A stretch of DNA of 64,000 nucleotides from Octopus vulgaris (GCA_951406725.2 OX597830.1:68138001-68202000), one strand, 5' to 3'. Positions 1 to 12,749 are shown, counted from the first letter of the stretch. Notes: generated by a model from the sequence alone, not told the origin. Made by a program: numbers and translations.

Positions 1-149
1 TATCCATGTATATTTAGCGTTTCTGTAAAATTATATCCAATGAGGGCTCAGCCATTTAGGATAAGAATCAAACTTGGCAGTTTCATAGATACTTTGCAAT
101 TCAACTAGATTCACAGAATCCATATGGCTAATGTTCGTTTCTACTCTAG

Positions 150-1445
150 GTGCAAGGCATGAAATTGCATGCTGCATTTGTTTCATCTTATGCCCAACTT
201 TTCTCTCAATACGTTAGAACTTTGTCATATATGCACACTGATATTGCACTTTTCCCCAGTCTACGCATGTTGTCTATATTCATAGCCATTCATAGCCCAT
301 GTCTCGCTACCATGGAGTATAGCCATTCGCACACAAGCATCATTTAATCTATTTTAACTCTGAGAAAGAGAGAGTCCTTTTCTTGCCAACAGAAGTAATA
401 GTTCTCTGAACTTCCTCCATCCTATTCTTATTTTGAAAACAATATTTTCAGAGCATTGCTAATTTGGTCACCTAGGTAACAGAAAATATCTACAACCACA
501 AGAGAGCCTCCTGCGCATTTGAGAGAATCCAAGTCCCATGTGCTTTTAGAGATTATTGTTCCTGCACATGTCATATACGAAGACTTTATTTGTTAATCTA
601 CCTCTGATTCCACTACGCCTCTTATGTGTCCCTGGCTTACACTGGATGCAATGAATGGTATTACTTCCCACTCCTTTCCTACAAAGTGACCAATTTAAAT
701 GATGGAAATAGAGTCTTATCTGCTTTCTTGTTAACAACAACTTTGCTCTTTACTAGGTTAACTTTAAGGCCTTTGATTCTAGGTTTTTCTTTCTGTACCT
801 GAAATTTCTTCTCTAGTTCTACTATTGATTCGGCCAGAAGACCAAGATCATCAGCGTATATTAGTTTTCTTTAGCATCCAGCTTTGAATTCCTCAGTTAT
901 GGTCTGGAGGACTATAATGAAAAAGTGTGGGCTGAGAACTGAACATTGGTGAACCCCTACTTGTATGCTAAGTTCCTCACTGTATTCATAGCCGACTTCA
1001 CCTTACTGACTGCACCACTTACATGGCTTGTGCATTTTTAACGAGTCACTGATCAATTCCTAACTTCCTTAGATACCAGCAGATAACAGAGTGGGGTATC
1101 TGTCGAAAGCTTTCTCCAGGTCAATGAAAGTTAATTTTGGCCAAATACGATTCCTGCAGCTGTTTCACTTGGAACATGGTATCTGCGGCAGGTACAAAAT
1201 AAAACTGCATCACATCTAGTCTAATTCTATACCTAATCAACTGAATTATAACCTTCTCAGCAACTTTCATGACCTGGTCTAGCAGTTTGGTACCTTTGTA
1301 GTTGTTTCTATATAAGGCATCACCTTTATCCTTGTTACAGCTAACTATAATACTACTACATCAGTCATTGAGGATGGTGTCTTACTGAATAACTCGATTA
1401 ACTATACAGGTGGTTAGGCTGTATCCTACATCACCGTACATTTTA
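150..1445 (-). mobile_element. RTE-clade LINE, degraded RT/3' portion
   Basis: Minus-strand remnants of FIDLEKAFDR, GVHQ.SVLSP..FIIVLQ, YADDL.L and LARKGLSF.RVK motifs with stops and frameshifts; same family as 62925-64000. Confidence 0.8.
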
Positions 1446-2490
1446 ACTATGACATTCAATTACAAAATGTATGGTACGTAGTATAGCAGTCTGGAAATAT
1501 TGCAATCTCTCTCCTCCCTCTCCAGCGAACAATACAAAATGCTGGTGAGCCAACAATCTATCAAGCTACCATGTCTATGTAGTGTACAAGAACAACACTT
1601 TCAGATACTAATTTTTCACATGGAATCGGTTGGGCATGCATTCTCTGCTACAAGTTTTCAATCTCTTCCTATTCAACCTCAATACACATAGTCAACTTCA
1701 TATGCACACTAACATAAACACTCACATCTTCCCAGGACTTTACAGACAGTGCTGCCAAATTAACACAGTTCTACTTAAATTAGTAAGAAACACGGCCTCT
1801 AAATAGATTGAAAGTAAAGCAACATCTATCAACCCCACATTTTTTGCCAACAACACTGGAGAGCATTAAATACAGTCACTTATAAAACACGTACACACAC
1901 AACACACACACAAAATATTACAGTTCTTTGAACTGTGACAAAGACAAATTATTGGTTGAAATGGATATAATTATTAGATAGTCTGATACAAGAAAGATGG
2001 TTGCTGAGATGCCAGACTTCAGTATTGTAAACGTCAGACCTCTACACCAATACAACTCCATATTTGTTGGCTCCTTTGACAATAGTGCAGTGTCAAAGTT
2101 GTCAATGGTAAGGTGCAATGAGCTCCATCAGAATAATATTGATATATCTCAACTCCTAGTTTCAAAAGCAATCTTAAGAAAGCTGGTACATACTGATTGA
2201 TAGATTCAACAATTTTGAATTGACCAAGAGCTCTCTTAGTGCTAATATTTTGCATAATAAAATTGATATTGAATAGACTAGTTTTCCACTTCAGAACCAA
2301 AGAATATTTCATCTCATCAACTTCAAAAACCTGCTATTAAGCTCAGGTGAAACCCAAAATATATGTAATTCTCATATATGGGATGTTATAGTTGCTACAC
2401 ACACAGATATCCTGAAACATATGAAAAAATATCCACGTGACTGATTAACTAGAAGGTACTCAATGAACGTCTAATCCAGAGACATGCAGA

Positions 2491-2494
<4 letters not shown>

Positions 2495-2529
<35 letters not shown>
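2495..2529. repeat. (CT)n microsatellite
   Basis: Direct reading. Confidence 0.95.
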
Positions 2530-2534
<5 letters not shown>

Positions 2535-2997
2535 CCTACCATTATTGCAGTGGCCTTTTTTTCTCAGGGTCAGGTGCTCTTGTGGCACCTCTAGATCATT
2601 TCGCCTCTTCCGTCACACATCTCACGTCCCTTTTAAGCCTTGCTATAAACATTACGCCCACTTTCCCTTCCTAGAACATTCGCTTTCTAAAATTCTCTCA
2701 CTGCATAGAGGAATGCTAATTGTCTTATTCTCATGAATCTCAGAAAGCCTTGTGAAGGCCAGGCATACGGCCCCTTTCCCCACGTAAATTCAATGAAAGA
2801 AAATTACCTTAATTAAATATAAAACATAGCACACTACACAGATAACAAAGTGTAAATTTGTATTATTTCTTAATGTAAGTCAGAAGAATTACAGATAAGA
2901 GATTTTCAACAAGTATAGCTTAGTAACTCTTATCTTGTAATGAAACACGAATGATATGAAATTAAATAGTACCAAATGTGTTCTTGTTCTAATCTGA

Positions 2998-3270
2998 TAT
3001 ATACATACATACATACATACATACATACATACATACATACATACATACATGCATACATATATATATATATATATATATATACACGTGCTCTTTCAAAGGT
3101 ATCGACACCCTCCTTAACCTGTCTCTTCCATCTGTGGCGATGACAGGCATTGCTCACCCAGTCGGTCTCCTGCATATCACAAGCCTTTAATGAGGACTTG
3201 ACAGTCCTTAAATCGCAGCCTTGGTTTCTGTCAGGGTCTCTTTCCACTAACAAGTTCTCCATATAACCAC
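2998..3270 (-). mobile_element. (TACA)n/(TA)n microsatellite adjoining a short RTE-type LINE 3' fragment
   Basis: Minus-strand TVKSSLKACDM...WVSNACHRHRWKRQVKEGVDTFE resembles the RTE ORF2 C-terminus. Confidence 0.6.
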
Positions 3271-3484
3271 TCTTTAGAAAGGGTACGTATTCTTCATGAA
3301 GAATTTAAACACGCTGCTCAAAAGCGTATTGCTAGCGTAGTGAATGGGGAAAGGTTGGTTTGCAATGTTTGCAGTCATATATACTTACAAGAGCAAGGCT
3401 CTTGTGCCACCAACGAACTGTAAATGCAAAATAAAAGTTTGTCCTAGAGCGCACAATGTTCCTGAAGGTCAACAATGATCTTCC

Positions 3485-4468
3485 TTGGTCACGAACAGAT
3501 GGCAATCATTTATAAATATATATATATATTATATATTTATCTGGTTTGTAATACCTTTCGGAAAACAAATTGAATCGAACCTTCCCTTACAGTTCCGTGA
3601 AGCCGTTGCTAGGAACTTTCCCAGAAATTCTAGATATCATTCTATTATCAATTCCCACAAGGTCAGAATAGCTTTCTCTAACACTAGGAATCTTTCACAA
3701 ATTATATCTTCCCACAATAACAAGCTGTTAAACAAAGATTCTTCACCCGGGAGTTCCAACACTAATCTTGCCAATTCCAACCCATTATACAATCATAATA
3801 ATAGGAATAGTATTAATAGTAGCAGCATTAGTAGCAGCGAAAGTGTTAACAATGATAATATTAATAATAGTATTAGTCGTGTTAATAACAATGGTAGTGT
3901 TGATGGTAACAACAATAACGGTATTATTGTCGGTGGTATTACTGGTCGTAATGCCATTAATAATACTAATAATAATAGAAACAGTGTAGTTGTTAGCGCT
4001 AATAATAATGGTAACAACAATCATAACAATAAAAACTTCGTCTCGATCTCGGAGGACAACCCCAACAGAATTAAATTTTTGTCTAGTAATTCTAAGATTA
4101 AGAATTCTATTTACCAGTGTAGAATTTCTTCCGGTACCGATGTCTTCTTCTATATAGGAGCGTCCACTTCCCAGTTATCCAAAAGAATTTCAAACCACTA
4201 CTCAACATTCAGGGATAGTAAAAAACGACATAGCACAGGGCTAAGTAAATTAGTTTGGCGTCTCAAAGACAACAATATAATTTTCAAGTTAGATTGGTTC
4301 ATACTGTCTGTATCCTTTCCTTTTGATAAGGGCAGGAGATTTTGTAACATTTGTAACTCTGAACTCTTCCATATTATTTTCTCTAAGGTTCCCCTAGTAA
4401 ACACACTCATAGAAAAATCGTGCAAATGTAAACATTGGCAGAAACACACTTTCTACTCATATAAATGA
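3485..4468 (+). CDS. Penelope-like element ORF fragment (RT thumb + GIY-YIG endonuclease); true homology starts ~3535
   Basis: 327-aa ORF with SIY/YIG motif, downstream R, H and E residues and C-terminal CxxC/CxH. Confidence 0.75.
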   Translation: MVTNRWQSFINIYIYYIFIWFVIPFGKQIESNLPLQFREAVARNFPRNSRYHSIINSHKVRIAFSNTRNLSQIISSHNNKLLNKDSSPGSSNTNLANSNPLYNHNNRNSINSSSISSSESVNNDNINNSISRVNNNGSVDGNNNNGIIVGGITGRNAINNTNNNRNSVVVSANNNGNNNHNNKNFVSISEDNPNRIKFLSSNSKIKNSIYQCRISSGTDVFFYIGASTSQLSKRISNHYSTFRDSKKRHSTGLSKLVWRLKDNNIIFKLDWFILSVSFPFDKGRRFCNICNSELFHIIFSKVPLVNTLIEKSCKCKHWQKHTFYSYK

Positions 4469-5190
4469 TAACGATAGTCACTGTGGTTTGAACAATTAGC
4501 TTTACGTCCACCCCACTGCTATAGAGAAATTCTTTCAATCAATGTACCCTTCCCTCTCCAATTGTTCCCTACATATTATTCATTTATACCTTCTCTTCCT
4601 ACTATCTCTGACGTCTGTCTCTCTCTCTCTCACACACACAGACACAAATGCAGTTATACACACACACATACACACACACAAACACACGCACTCATTACAA
4701 GCACACACCCACATATTTCCATGCATACAGCAAACATACTGTTCCCTAACTATCACTACTTTATCCTTTCTCTTCCTACTATCTATTTTTGACGTCTATT
4801 CTTCTAACGTTTTTTTTTTAAAAAACACACTCATTATCGCTTTGTTTACCATGTAGGCAATCATCGAAAATTTTGTTTGTCTTGTTGTCGAGAGAGGCTC
4901 CCTTTCTTTCCTGATGAGAAGATTGCATAATGCACCCTTTATTCCTTTGGAATGAAAATATGCTGTCTTCGAAACATGTGTCGAGAGTAAAGGAATTTTG
5001 TTAACATCTTCGTTCGACTCCATTCTTTCATTTATTCATATACAACACACAAATTTCTACACATGAACCCGGAGTTTCTACCCTTGACAGGTCGCTTCAA
5101 CCGTGTTTTCTGACGGAAATTTGCTACCCAGGTTTCGGTTTAACGAATTTTCCATGCTGACGATAAACATAGGATAATTCATTCCCCTAC
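3530..5190 (+). mobile_element. 5'-truncated Penelope-like element (Naiad-type) inserted in a (TA)n tract: RT thumb, Asn-rich linker, GIY-YIG endonuclease, 3' region with hammerhead ribozyme
   Basis: IWFVIPFG..IESN...F......FP.....SIINSHKVRIAFS...NL.QIISSHN.KLL, then IYQC...FYIGAS....KRISNH..TF...STGLSKLVWRLK...W.I....CNIC..E...CKH; (TA)n at both ends (~3516-3528, 5191-5206). Confidence 0.85.
4901..4993 (+). ncRNA. Type I hammerhead ribozyme (PLE-associated)
   Basis: CCTTTCTTTC-CTGATGA(4911-4917)-GAAGA...TCTTC-GAAA(4971-4974)-C-ATGT-G-TC|GAGAG-T-AAAGG: intact core, stems I and II pair, minimal stem III within palindromic ACATGT. Confidence 0.85.
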
Positions 5191-6885
5191 TATATATATA
5201 TATATACATACATTCATATGTTTAGAGAAAAGGGGACAGTAGGAATTTTGGATAATCCTTTATTAGTGCTTTTGTTCGTTTTTCTAGCTCATCAAAACAA
5301 CATCAAAATAAAAATGGTAAAAACTGAAGATTTTGCTGTTCATTTATATGAATTAGATTTTTGTTTTTCTTTGTTTAGAAAAGGAGAATACTGTGTTTGT
5401 TTTTTGGGGAAAAGCAAAGAGGTGGAGAAATAGATAGAGAGAGTGGTTTCAGGAAACTCAAGAAAGAGAAGAAAGAATAATAACATAGGAGGGGGAAAGG
5501 ATAGACAGATACATACATACATAGATAGAAGTTAAAGTAGATAGATATATAGATAGATGGAGGTTTCTTTTTAATTTAATGTGGTCAATTCATCGAAATT
5601 ACATTACAAAGCTCTTTTCTTTTTGTTTCTCCTTTCTTTCTTCTTTCCATTGTATACCTATCAATATATTTATTAATAAACACATTTTCTCACAAGGACT
5701 GGTGACCTTTCAAAGATGTCAATTTTAGGAAGTAGGATTACTTCATAGGAAGTCCTATGAAAATGTATATTCCTTTACACTGTATAGTCAAGTCCCATAT
5801 TCTGAGTAATTCTATGTTTTGCATGAACAATCATTAAATATTATTACAATACTCATAAATTAGGAAAATTAAGTCAGAATATAAAAAAGTAATTTGGTAC
5901 TGTTTATAATTCAATCTATTCTCTATATACATTTAATTAAACCTCATAAACGAGGTATATTGTATATTTAGCTGTAAATATATATATATATATATTAGTA
6001 TCTTTCATCCATTTGTAGGATTAATTTTTCTTTTTCTTGCTTGCTTGGACAAGAGAATTCAAAAGAGATCTTTTTCACGGATTACTTTGCCAGGTAGCTA
6101 CATTAGATAACTTTGCTAATTAGTCGTAAAAAGGTTCTAGTATTCTTTCTCGGGTATATGTAAGTTCTATAAGAACAACAGTTGTTAAAATCCCAGTATT
6201 ATATACACATATATATCGGACGTTAAATGATGATGATGATGTTGATGATGATACATATGAATAAATATATACCTGGAGTTTAACTCAGGTATAAAACAAA
6301 TATTTTTACTTTCGACACATGTTTCGAAAATTCCACTGATATTATTCAAAAGAATAAATGGTATAAACAATGCAATCTTCTCTTCAGGAAAGTGAAAAAA
6401 GCAAAACTCGTCAATAAGACATTTTAGCAAAAAATGATGGATTTGTATAGTGATTAACTGAACGCTATTAATATTGTTTAAAAAACGTTATATAATATAA
6501 CGTCAGAAGTAGCTTACAGAAAGAGTAGGGATATTAATAGTGAATGTTAAATACAAAGGAAATTAATGTTTAAATTATATATAATGATAGAGATTACTTA
6601 TATGCACTAAAGGTGTGTTTTTGCCAATGTTTACATATAATGTTTACAGCTGGTTAGTGAGGCAATCTGCACCCAATATATATTTCAAGCAGGCAAGCAA
6701 ACCCTTATTGTCTTGTAGCAGATGACAGGACCACTTGACCCTCCAATTTCAAGCTACTTGAGCTCCGTGGTGGAATGAACTACTGCTATCTCTAGCAGAC
6801 GGGTCCACTACTGAGGATGAAAACAAATAGCTTGAAACCATTGATACATAGACACATCCATACATACATAATACATACAGAATGT

Positions 6886-6898
6886 TGATGATGATGGA

Positions 6899-6958
<60 letters not shown>

Positions 6959-6995
6959 GATGACGACGACGACAATGATGATGATGATGATGATA
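6886..6995. repeat. (GAT)n microsatellite
   Basis: Direct reading; source of the poly-Ser ORF. Confidence 0.95.
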
Positions 6996-7619
6996 TCATG
7001 TCAAGACTTTTCAAAAAACAGTTTTATATTTCGTTAATATGGTGAACACAAAATGCACATATAAGTAGAAGTGGTGTTGCTTTTATATAGTATAATAAAC
7101 AGAAAAGTCATTTGAACTATTTTAAAGAAAGACTGAGTTCTTTTTATTTACATGTAGCACAGCATTATGTGTACATTTATGAAAATTAGATTTTGTATAA
7201 ATTTATTAAAAGTTGGTATATTTTCATAACAGAAATGTAGTCACCCTTGCATTATCCTGCCATAATGAAACAGTGAAATACACCAAATATCATCGAGATA
7301 ATACATAAAATAGTTTAACACTACTATATTGTAGATAAAATTCACTCTCAGCCATCAATGTTCACGTTTTATGTTAATTCAATATCTGAAGAATTAGAAT
7401 AATAGAAAAAAAACAGTGTCAGGTTAGTATGTGCACTGTTAAAGAAAGCAGATCTCCTTTCTTGGATTGTTGAATTTTCGTTTTGTTCTATTGCTAGGAA
7501 ACAACAACTGTTTGATATTTTTGTATTTCATCATCCAAATATCAATTTTCTTTAAACACTTTTCCTCAGCTTTTAGGAATGCTAGAGTTTTTCTCAAAAC
7601 ATTAAAAAAAATTCTTAAT

Positions 7620-8310
7620 TGGCTAATCTATCATTAATGTTATCTTAAGCCCATTAATTAGACTGTTTAAATTAAACAGTGCTCTTTCCATACTGAAGAA
7701 CTGCAAATGTTTTCCTCTTGTCAATAAAAACCAAATTCTGTTCTCAAAGCTAGGAGGATATTTTGATTCAAGCTGGAGCTTAATAATTTTGCTGATGTCA
7801 CTGAAAGATCTAACTTACACACTAAGTCATTTAATTCAGTCTAGATCAGCAGGTTGTGCATAAGTTTTGTTCACAGGACTTCCAGATCATTAAAAACTTA
7901 TTAGATATAACAACATACAATTCAGGTCAATGAGGCTCAGCTTTAAATGTCAAGAACAAGACTGAGTAATTCATTTTCGATTTGTATCCAGCATAAAAAA
8001 ATACAAAATTAGGAATTGTCAAGATGATTTGTTAGTTCTCAGCAGACCACTTGTCCAATAAAACTCATTCTCTTTCTTTTATTTTTGGTCCATTGCTTCA
8101 GATTTATATTCCAAGTTCAGTAAATGAAATGATTCATAGTTTGTTTTGATCACTTAATTTCACTCCAAAATACATGAAATACGGTCTTCTAATAAAGTCT
8201 TTAACAAATTTCAGTTGTTTCATTGTTTCAAATTATCCACGAATGTAATAGTGAATATCTGTGCTGCATACTCTCTGCATTTCAGGGAGTTTATCTGGAG
8301 AATATTTTCT
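7620..8310 (-). mobile_element. Degraded Sola-like DNA transposase, 5' part
   Basis: Broken minus-strand peptides YFGVKLSDQNK, NLKQWTKNKRKRMSF and QTELNDLVCKLDLSVTSAKLLSSSL resemble Sola transposase motifs YFGVKLGDQDK, LRQW..GK and Q.ELNDLVRDL.LSK..AELLGSRL (recalled, not searched). Confidence 0.65.
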
Positions 8311-8635
8311 TGGACTATATTGTATTAGTTGCTTTATTGTAATGATGGTATCTCATTATTATTAGCCTTTTACCTTACATTTTCATTTTCCAATTCTTTC
8401 AACATCATGTAGTGATTAGGCATTTATGGTATTTATAATTTGTACGAAATTAACTTTAAGTTATTAATGCTCTAATTGTCTTGAGGTTGTTTATTATTGT
8501 TTAAATTGTCCAAATATATAAGAATAAAAATTGATATTTAAATTCTTTAAGAATCAGATATTCAAAGGTTTAGTGGTTTAGTGGGGTTTCGAAATATGAT
8601 GAATAAAAGTTATCTGGAAATGTCTGTCTACTTAC

Positions 8636-8661
8636 TCATTATTCTTCTTTCTTCTTCCACA
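8636..8661 (-). CDS. Candidate 26-nt micro-exon of the TRPM-like gene (CGRRKKNN(E))
   Basis: Acceptor ctgttttattttctag, donor GA|gtaagt, phase 0 to 2, compatible with the preceding exon; no recognisable homology. Confidence 0.3.
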
Positions 8662-8879
8662 CTAGAAAATAAAACAGAATCATGCTAACTACTGAAAAAA
8701 TAGCTATTAAAAACAAGGGTTTAATAGAATATAAATTTGAAGGGGTGAATATAGAACAGTAGCAAGCAAGAGAGAAAGAAGAATAACCACATCTAAAAAT
8801 CCCAACAACGCACAAATATAGATGTAACTGAAGGAACGAATTCATTTTGATTTCTTTCCTTTTAGTTTGAAATGTTCAA

Positions 8880-8910
<31 letters not shown>

Positions 8911-10039
8911 CACGTACATGCCTATTTTTCAAAATCAGGTGGTTTGACATGAGTAAATTTAATTTAAAAGCAAAAAGAGTAAAATACTCTGAGAACCTTA
9001 TCACAAATAAAAGGAGGGAGGAAAATCTTTCTATCTATAAATCAATGAAACAATATTAATAAAGACCAAACTACAAAATAGCAACAGAAACAAGAATAGA
9101 AACATGTGGCAGGCCCAACAGTCATTTATGTTTAAATCTGTCAGAACGATAAGATATACGTTGTTTGGGAAAAAAGCAGCTCTTCAAAATAAAAACAAAA
9201 TGATTTATTTGTGCAATCAAGAGAAATGTATTCAATAACAAACCCAGAATGTATAGCAAACTACATGGGACAATTAAAGAAAGATCCTTAAGATATTGTG
9301 TAACCCTGCATACATCGCAAATTCTCAAATACTGGAGTACAAAAAATAGAGCTCATAGAAAAGATAGACACAAGTACGAGTAAGAAAGGACCACATTTTA
9401 TGAGCTTCTCTTTTATCAGTTTGTCAGTGGCATATCAAAGCAGTAACACATTAGGAAATAAATGATATTCTTAACAAAATACCGACAACTGCACAACCAC
9501 TGTAGTAACATCCCGGTCATTAGTGTTAATCGGATTCAAGCAAAGATTATATGAGAAAAGCTGATGTGGGAGTGGAATACCAAAGTCTCATATAACTTCT
9601 TAAGTATTCTTAAATATCTGATAGACTTTGCCTCGATATCCTGAATACGGTCTTGTGAACTTGGTCAAATTGCAGTGGATCATGCAGGTCATATTTAGAG
9701 AGGGTCTTCATTAGGGTAGTAAATGACCATGATATGAATTGTTCACAGATTCAGATTGCTGGCTTCCCCGAACACAAATTCAGGAACTTTACAGTTCTCA
9801 GCACGGAATGATGTCAGGGATTGTGTTAGAATGCTGGTCAAACAGGAATTAACAGTAGCTATCATCCATGACATGTGGTGGGTTCCTCTAAAAAGGAAAG
9901 CCAGAGTGACATCTGTTAGTTTAGACAAACTAATTAGTAACTTAGATTTTTGTACCTTGACAATTTCTTCACTTCTTTTTGGACAATAGTTTGACCAACA
10001 GGTCTTCACAAGCAGAGTTTAGTGTCCAATGAAGGAAAG

Positions 10040-10345
10040 GTATGCATAAGTGGCCTAGTTACACCCCTGGCATAGGCCATGAGGTTGCGGTCTTACTTGG
10101 CTTGCCGGGTATTCTCAAGCACAGCATATTTCCAAAAGTCTCGGTCGCTAGTCATTGCCTCGGTGAGGCCTAATGTTCGAAGGTCGTGCTTCACCACTTC
10201 ATCCCAGGTCTTCCTGGGCCTACCTTTTCCACTGGTTCCCTAAACTGCTAGGGTGTGGCACTTTTTCACACAGCTATCCTCATCCATTCTTGCCACATGA
10301 CCATACCAGCACGGTCATCTCCCTTGCACACCACATCTGATGCTT
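10040..10345 (-). mobile_element. RTE LINE 3' fragment
   Basis: SIRCGVQG...CWYGHVARMDEDSCVKKCH..GRPRKTWDEVVKHDLRTLGL; matches 23600-23900. Confidence 0.8.
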
Positions 10346-10359
10346 CTTTTATTATTATT

Positions 10360-10850
10360 AGTGCCTTTGTACAGCTTCTAACGCTAGAGATGTACAACAG
10401 TGTCAGCTGTTCACTACCAGTGAACTAAGGTAACACATCTTATTTTTCAAGCACCTTCCGGAGTATTTGAGAGGTTCCAAGCAGTGCTGTTTTCTGCAAG
10501 TGCTCCACCCTTATTGCAGCCCCTATTTGTTGAGCACCATTTTCATCTACTGGGTTGCTTAGGTAGTAACACACCATGAACACAGCATTAATTTGCTTGC
10601 TCCATCTATGCCGTGTGAGGTGGCCCCTTTCCAGAATCTCTAAGCCCACCGGGTGTACCACTGTCACTGTCAGTGGCTTCAGTTTCATTACCACCATTAT
10701 TCACGATATTTTGTTTATTCATTGTCACTCATATGAGGTAGTGATCATCAGGTTGCACAATTGCCAGTCTTTTAATTGTGACACCATCACTAGATGTATC
10801 ATTAATCAGGACATGGAGAGACTCGGGGAGACTCTACTCACTCCTTTCAT
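10360..10850 (-). mobile_element. Internally deleted Dong/R4-type (RLE) LINE flanked by (ATT)n
   Basis: 3' end (EHLQKTALLGTSQILRKVLE) fused directly to the 5' region (RRWSKQINAVFMVCYYLSNPVDE); both parts match the ends of 40137-42350. Confidence 0.8.
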
Positions 10851-11015
10851 TATCATTATTATTATCATCACTGATATCACTGGTATTATTGTTTGGGCCT
10901 TAGATTCCTGTGCTATCAGATTATTATTATTATTATTATTATTGTTTGTTTATCACAGGTTTTGTTGGACCTCCTCATCGACAAAATTCGACTATTTTTG
11001 AGAAAGTTGGCACCA

Positions 11016-11395
11016 GCCGAGCAAGAGTGGCTGTGTGGTAAGAAGCTTGCTCCCCAACCACACGTTTCCAGGTTCAGTCTCACTGCATGACACTTTGGGC
11101 AACTATCTTCTACTATAGCCTCAACCGACCGAAGTCTTGTGGGTAGATTTGATAGACGGAAACTGAAAGAAGCCCGTCCTTTATGTGTGTGTGTGTGTGT
11201 GTGTTTGTCCTTCCCCCATCGCTTGACAACCGATGTTGGTATGTTTATGTCCCGTAACTTAGCGGTTCAGCAAAAGAGACCGATCAATAAGTACTAGGCT
11301 TACAAAGAATAAGTTCCTGGGGATGATTTGTTCGACTAAAGACGGTGTTTCAGCATGGCCGAAGTCAAATGACTGAAACAAGTAAAAGAATAAGA
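11016..11395 (+). mobile_element. tRNA-derived SINE (octopus-type)
   Basis: A-box TGGCTGTGTGG, B-box GGTTCAGTC, internal (TG)n, tail GACTGAAACAAGTAAAAGAATAAG; related copies at 48080, 57030 and 60322. Confidence 0.8.
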
Positions 11396-11399
11396 AGGT

Positions 11400-12600
11400 G
11401 AAACCTATTCTGAAGAAATGGTGAACATGCTATCAAAGATTTTCCATGAAAAATGCTCTTTATTTAATACACGCTGGCAATGCATGAATATTACAAAAAG
11501 GAGGACAAAGATTTTATTACATATGCTGGAATCGTTAATAGGAAATGGAAGTGATTCAAAATTAAAAAATTAATACCACTTCTCATACCAAAATTGAATT
11601 ATGTTTGAATGCTTAATTTTCTTATAAGGTTTTACAGCAAAGAAAGATACGGAAATTCGTAGCCGAATTCTGACTAAATTAGAGCAGAATCAGAAGCTAA
11701 CTCTACAAGAAATATCCGAGGAATGCCTGAGAATAATAAGTCTAAGGCACGATACGGAACAAATTAGTATAAGAAATTGCTCTCATTTACAGTCGTTGCA
11801 AACAAAAGTAAGTAATGAAAAGGAGAAAATTTACAGTCAGTGTGGCTTAAAGTAAGAAATGAAAAGTAGAAAATTAACCCATGTTTTGGATGTGGAGAAT
11901 TACACAACAGATTCGACTGGCAAAAATGCTTCAAATGCGGTAAGATAGGTAAAAAAAAATCACACTCTAAAACAAAACTTAGAAGATAGTTCAACAGAAA
12001 AAATCATGTAAATTGTTTATCAGTGACAGGAAATACAAACGGTACTCAAAGGAAATTTGGGGATGTAAAAATTAATAACACAAATGTAAAATTACAGTAA
12101 GATGCAGGTAGTGACATTACTTTAGTTAATGAAACCACATGGAAAACTATTGGGAAACCTACGTTACAAGAAACCTCGAAAATTGCACGTGGAGTCTCGG
12201 GAATTAGATTAAATTTTAAAGGTGAAACTACCTGTAGCATTAAATTTCGCAGTACGATTATAAAAGCGAAAGCTTATGTATTAAAATCATACAAGCAACC
12301 TTTTTATAACTGACTGGATAGAATTGTTCAACTTATCGGATTTACCCATAAAAATTATCATAAATATGTAATGCAGTTGTGCACCAGTTCTAATTCAGAA
12401 TCAGGAATATTATTAAAAGAAGTGAAAAGGTTGTTCACTGATATTTTTTTCGGATGAGTTGGGTTGGTGCAATAAATTTTAAGCCAAATTTCAGGTAAGG
12501 GAAAACTCATTACCAGTTTTCAAACCCAAACGCAATATATCGTGTGCTGCCCTGGAACAATTAGAAAGACTGGACAAAATGGGAATGATTGAACATATCG
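11400..12600 (+). mobile_element. Degraded Ty3/Gypsy LTR retrotransposon gag-protease
   Basis: SRILTKLEQNQKLTLQEISEEC, zinc-knuckle remnants CFGCG..H and CFKCGKIG...H, protease KLQ*DAGSDITLVNETTWKTIGKPTL. Confidence 0.8.
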
Positions 12601-12749
12601 TCTATTCTCAAATAATGTATGTAAACAAGAATAATAATAAAGTTCATGTATGTGCAGATTTATCGACGTAACTAAACAAATGTTTAAGACAGTATAACTG
12701 CCCATAACATAGCCCAGATGTTTAATTATAAGTGGAAGACGAATGAGGC

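Noticed and set aside
3768-4024. Three hydrophobic, membrane-like ORFs
   Set aside because: Alternative frames of the AAT-type repeats within the Penelope ORF
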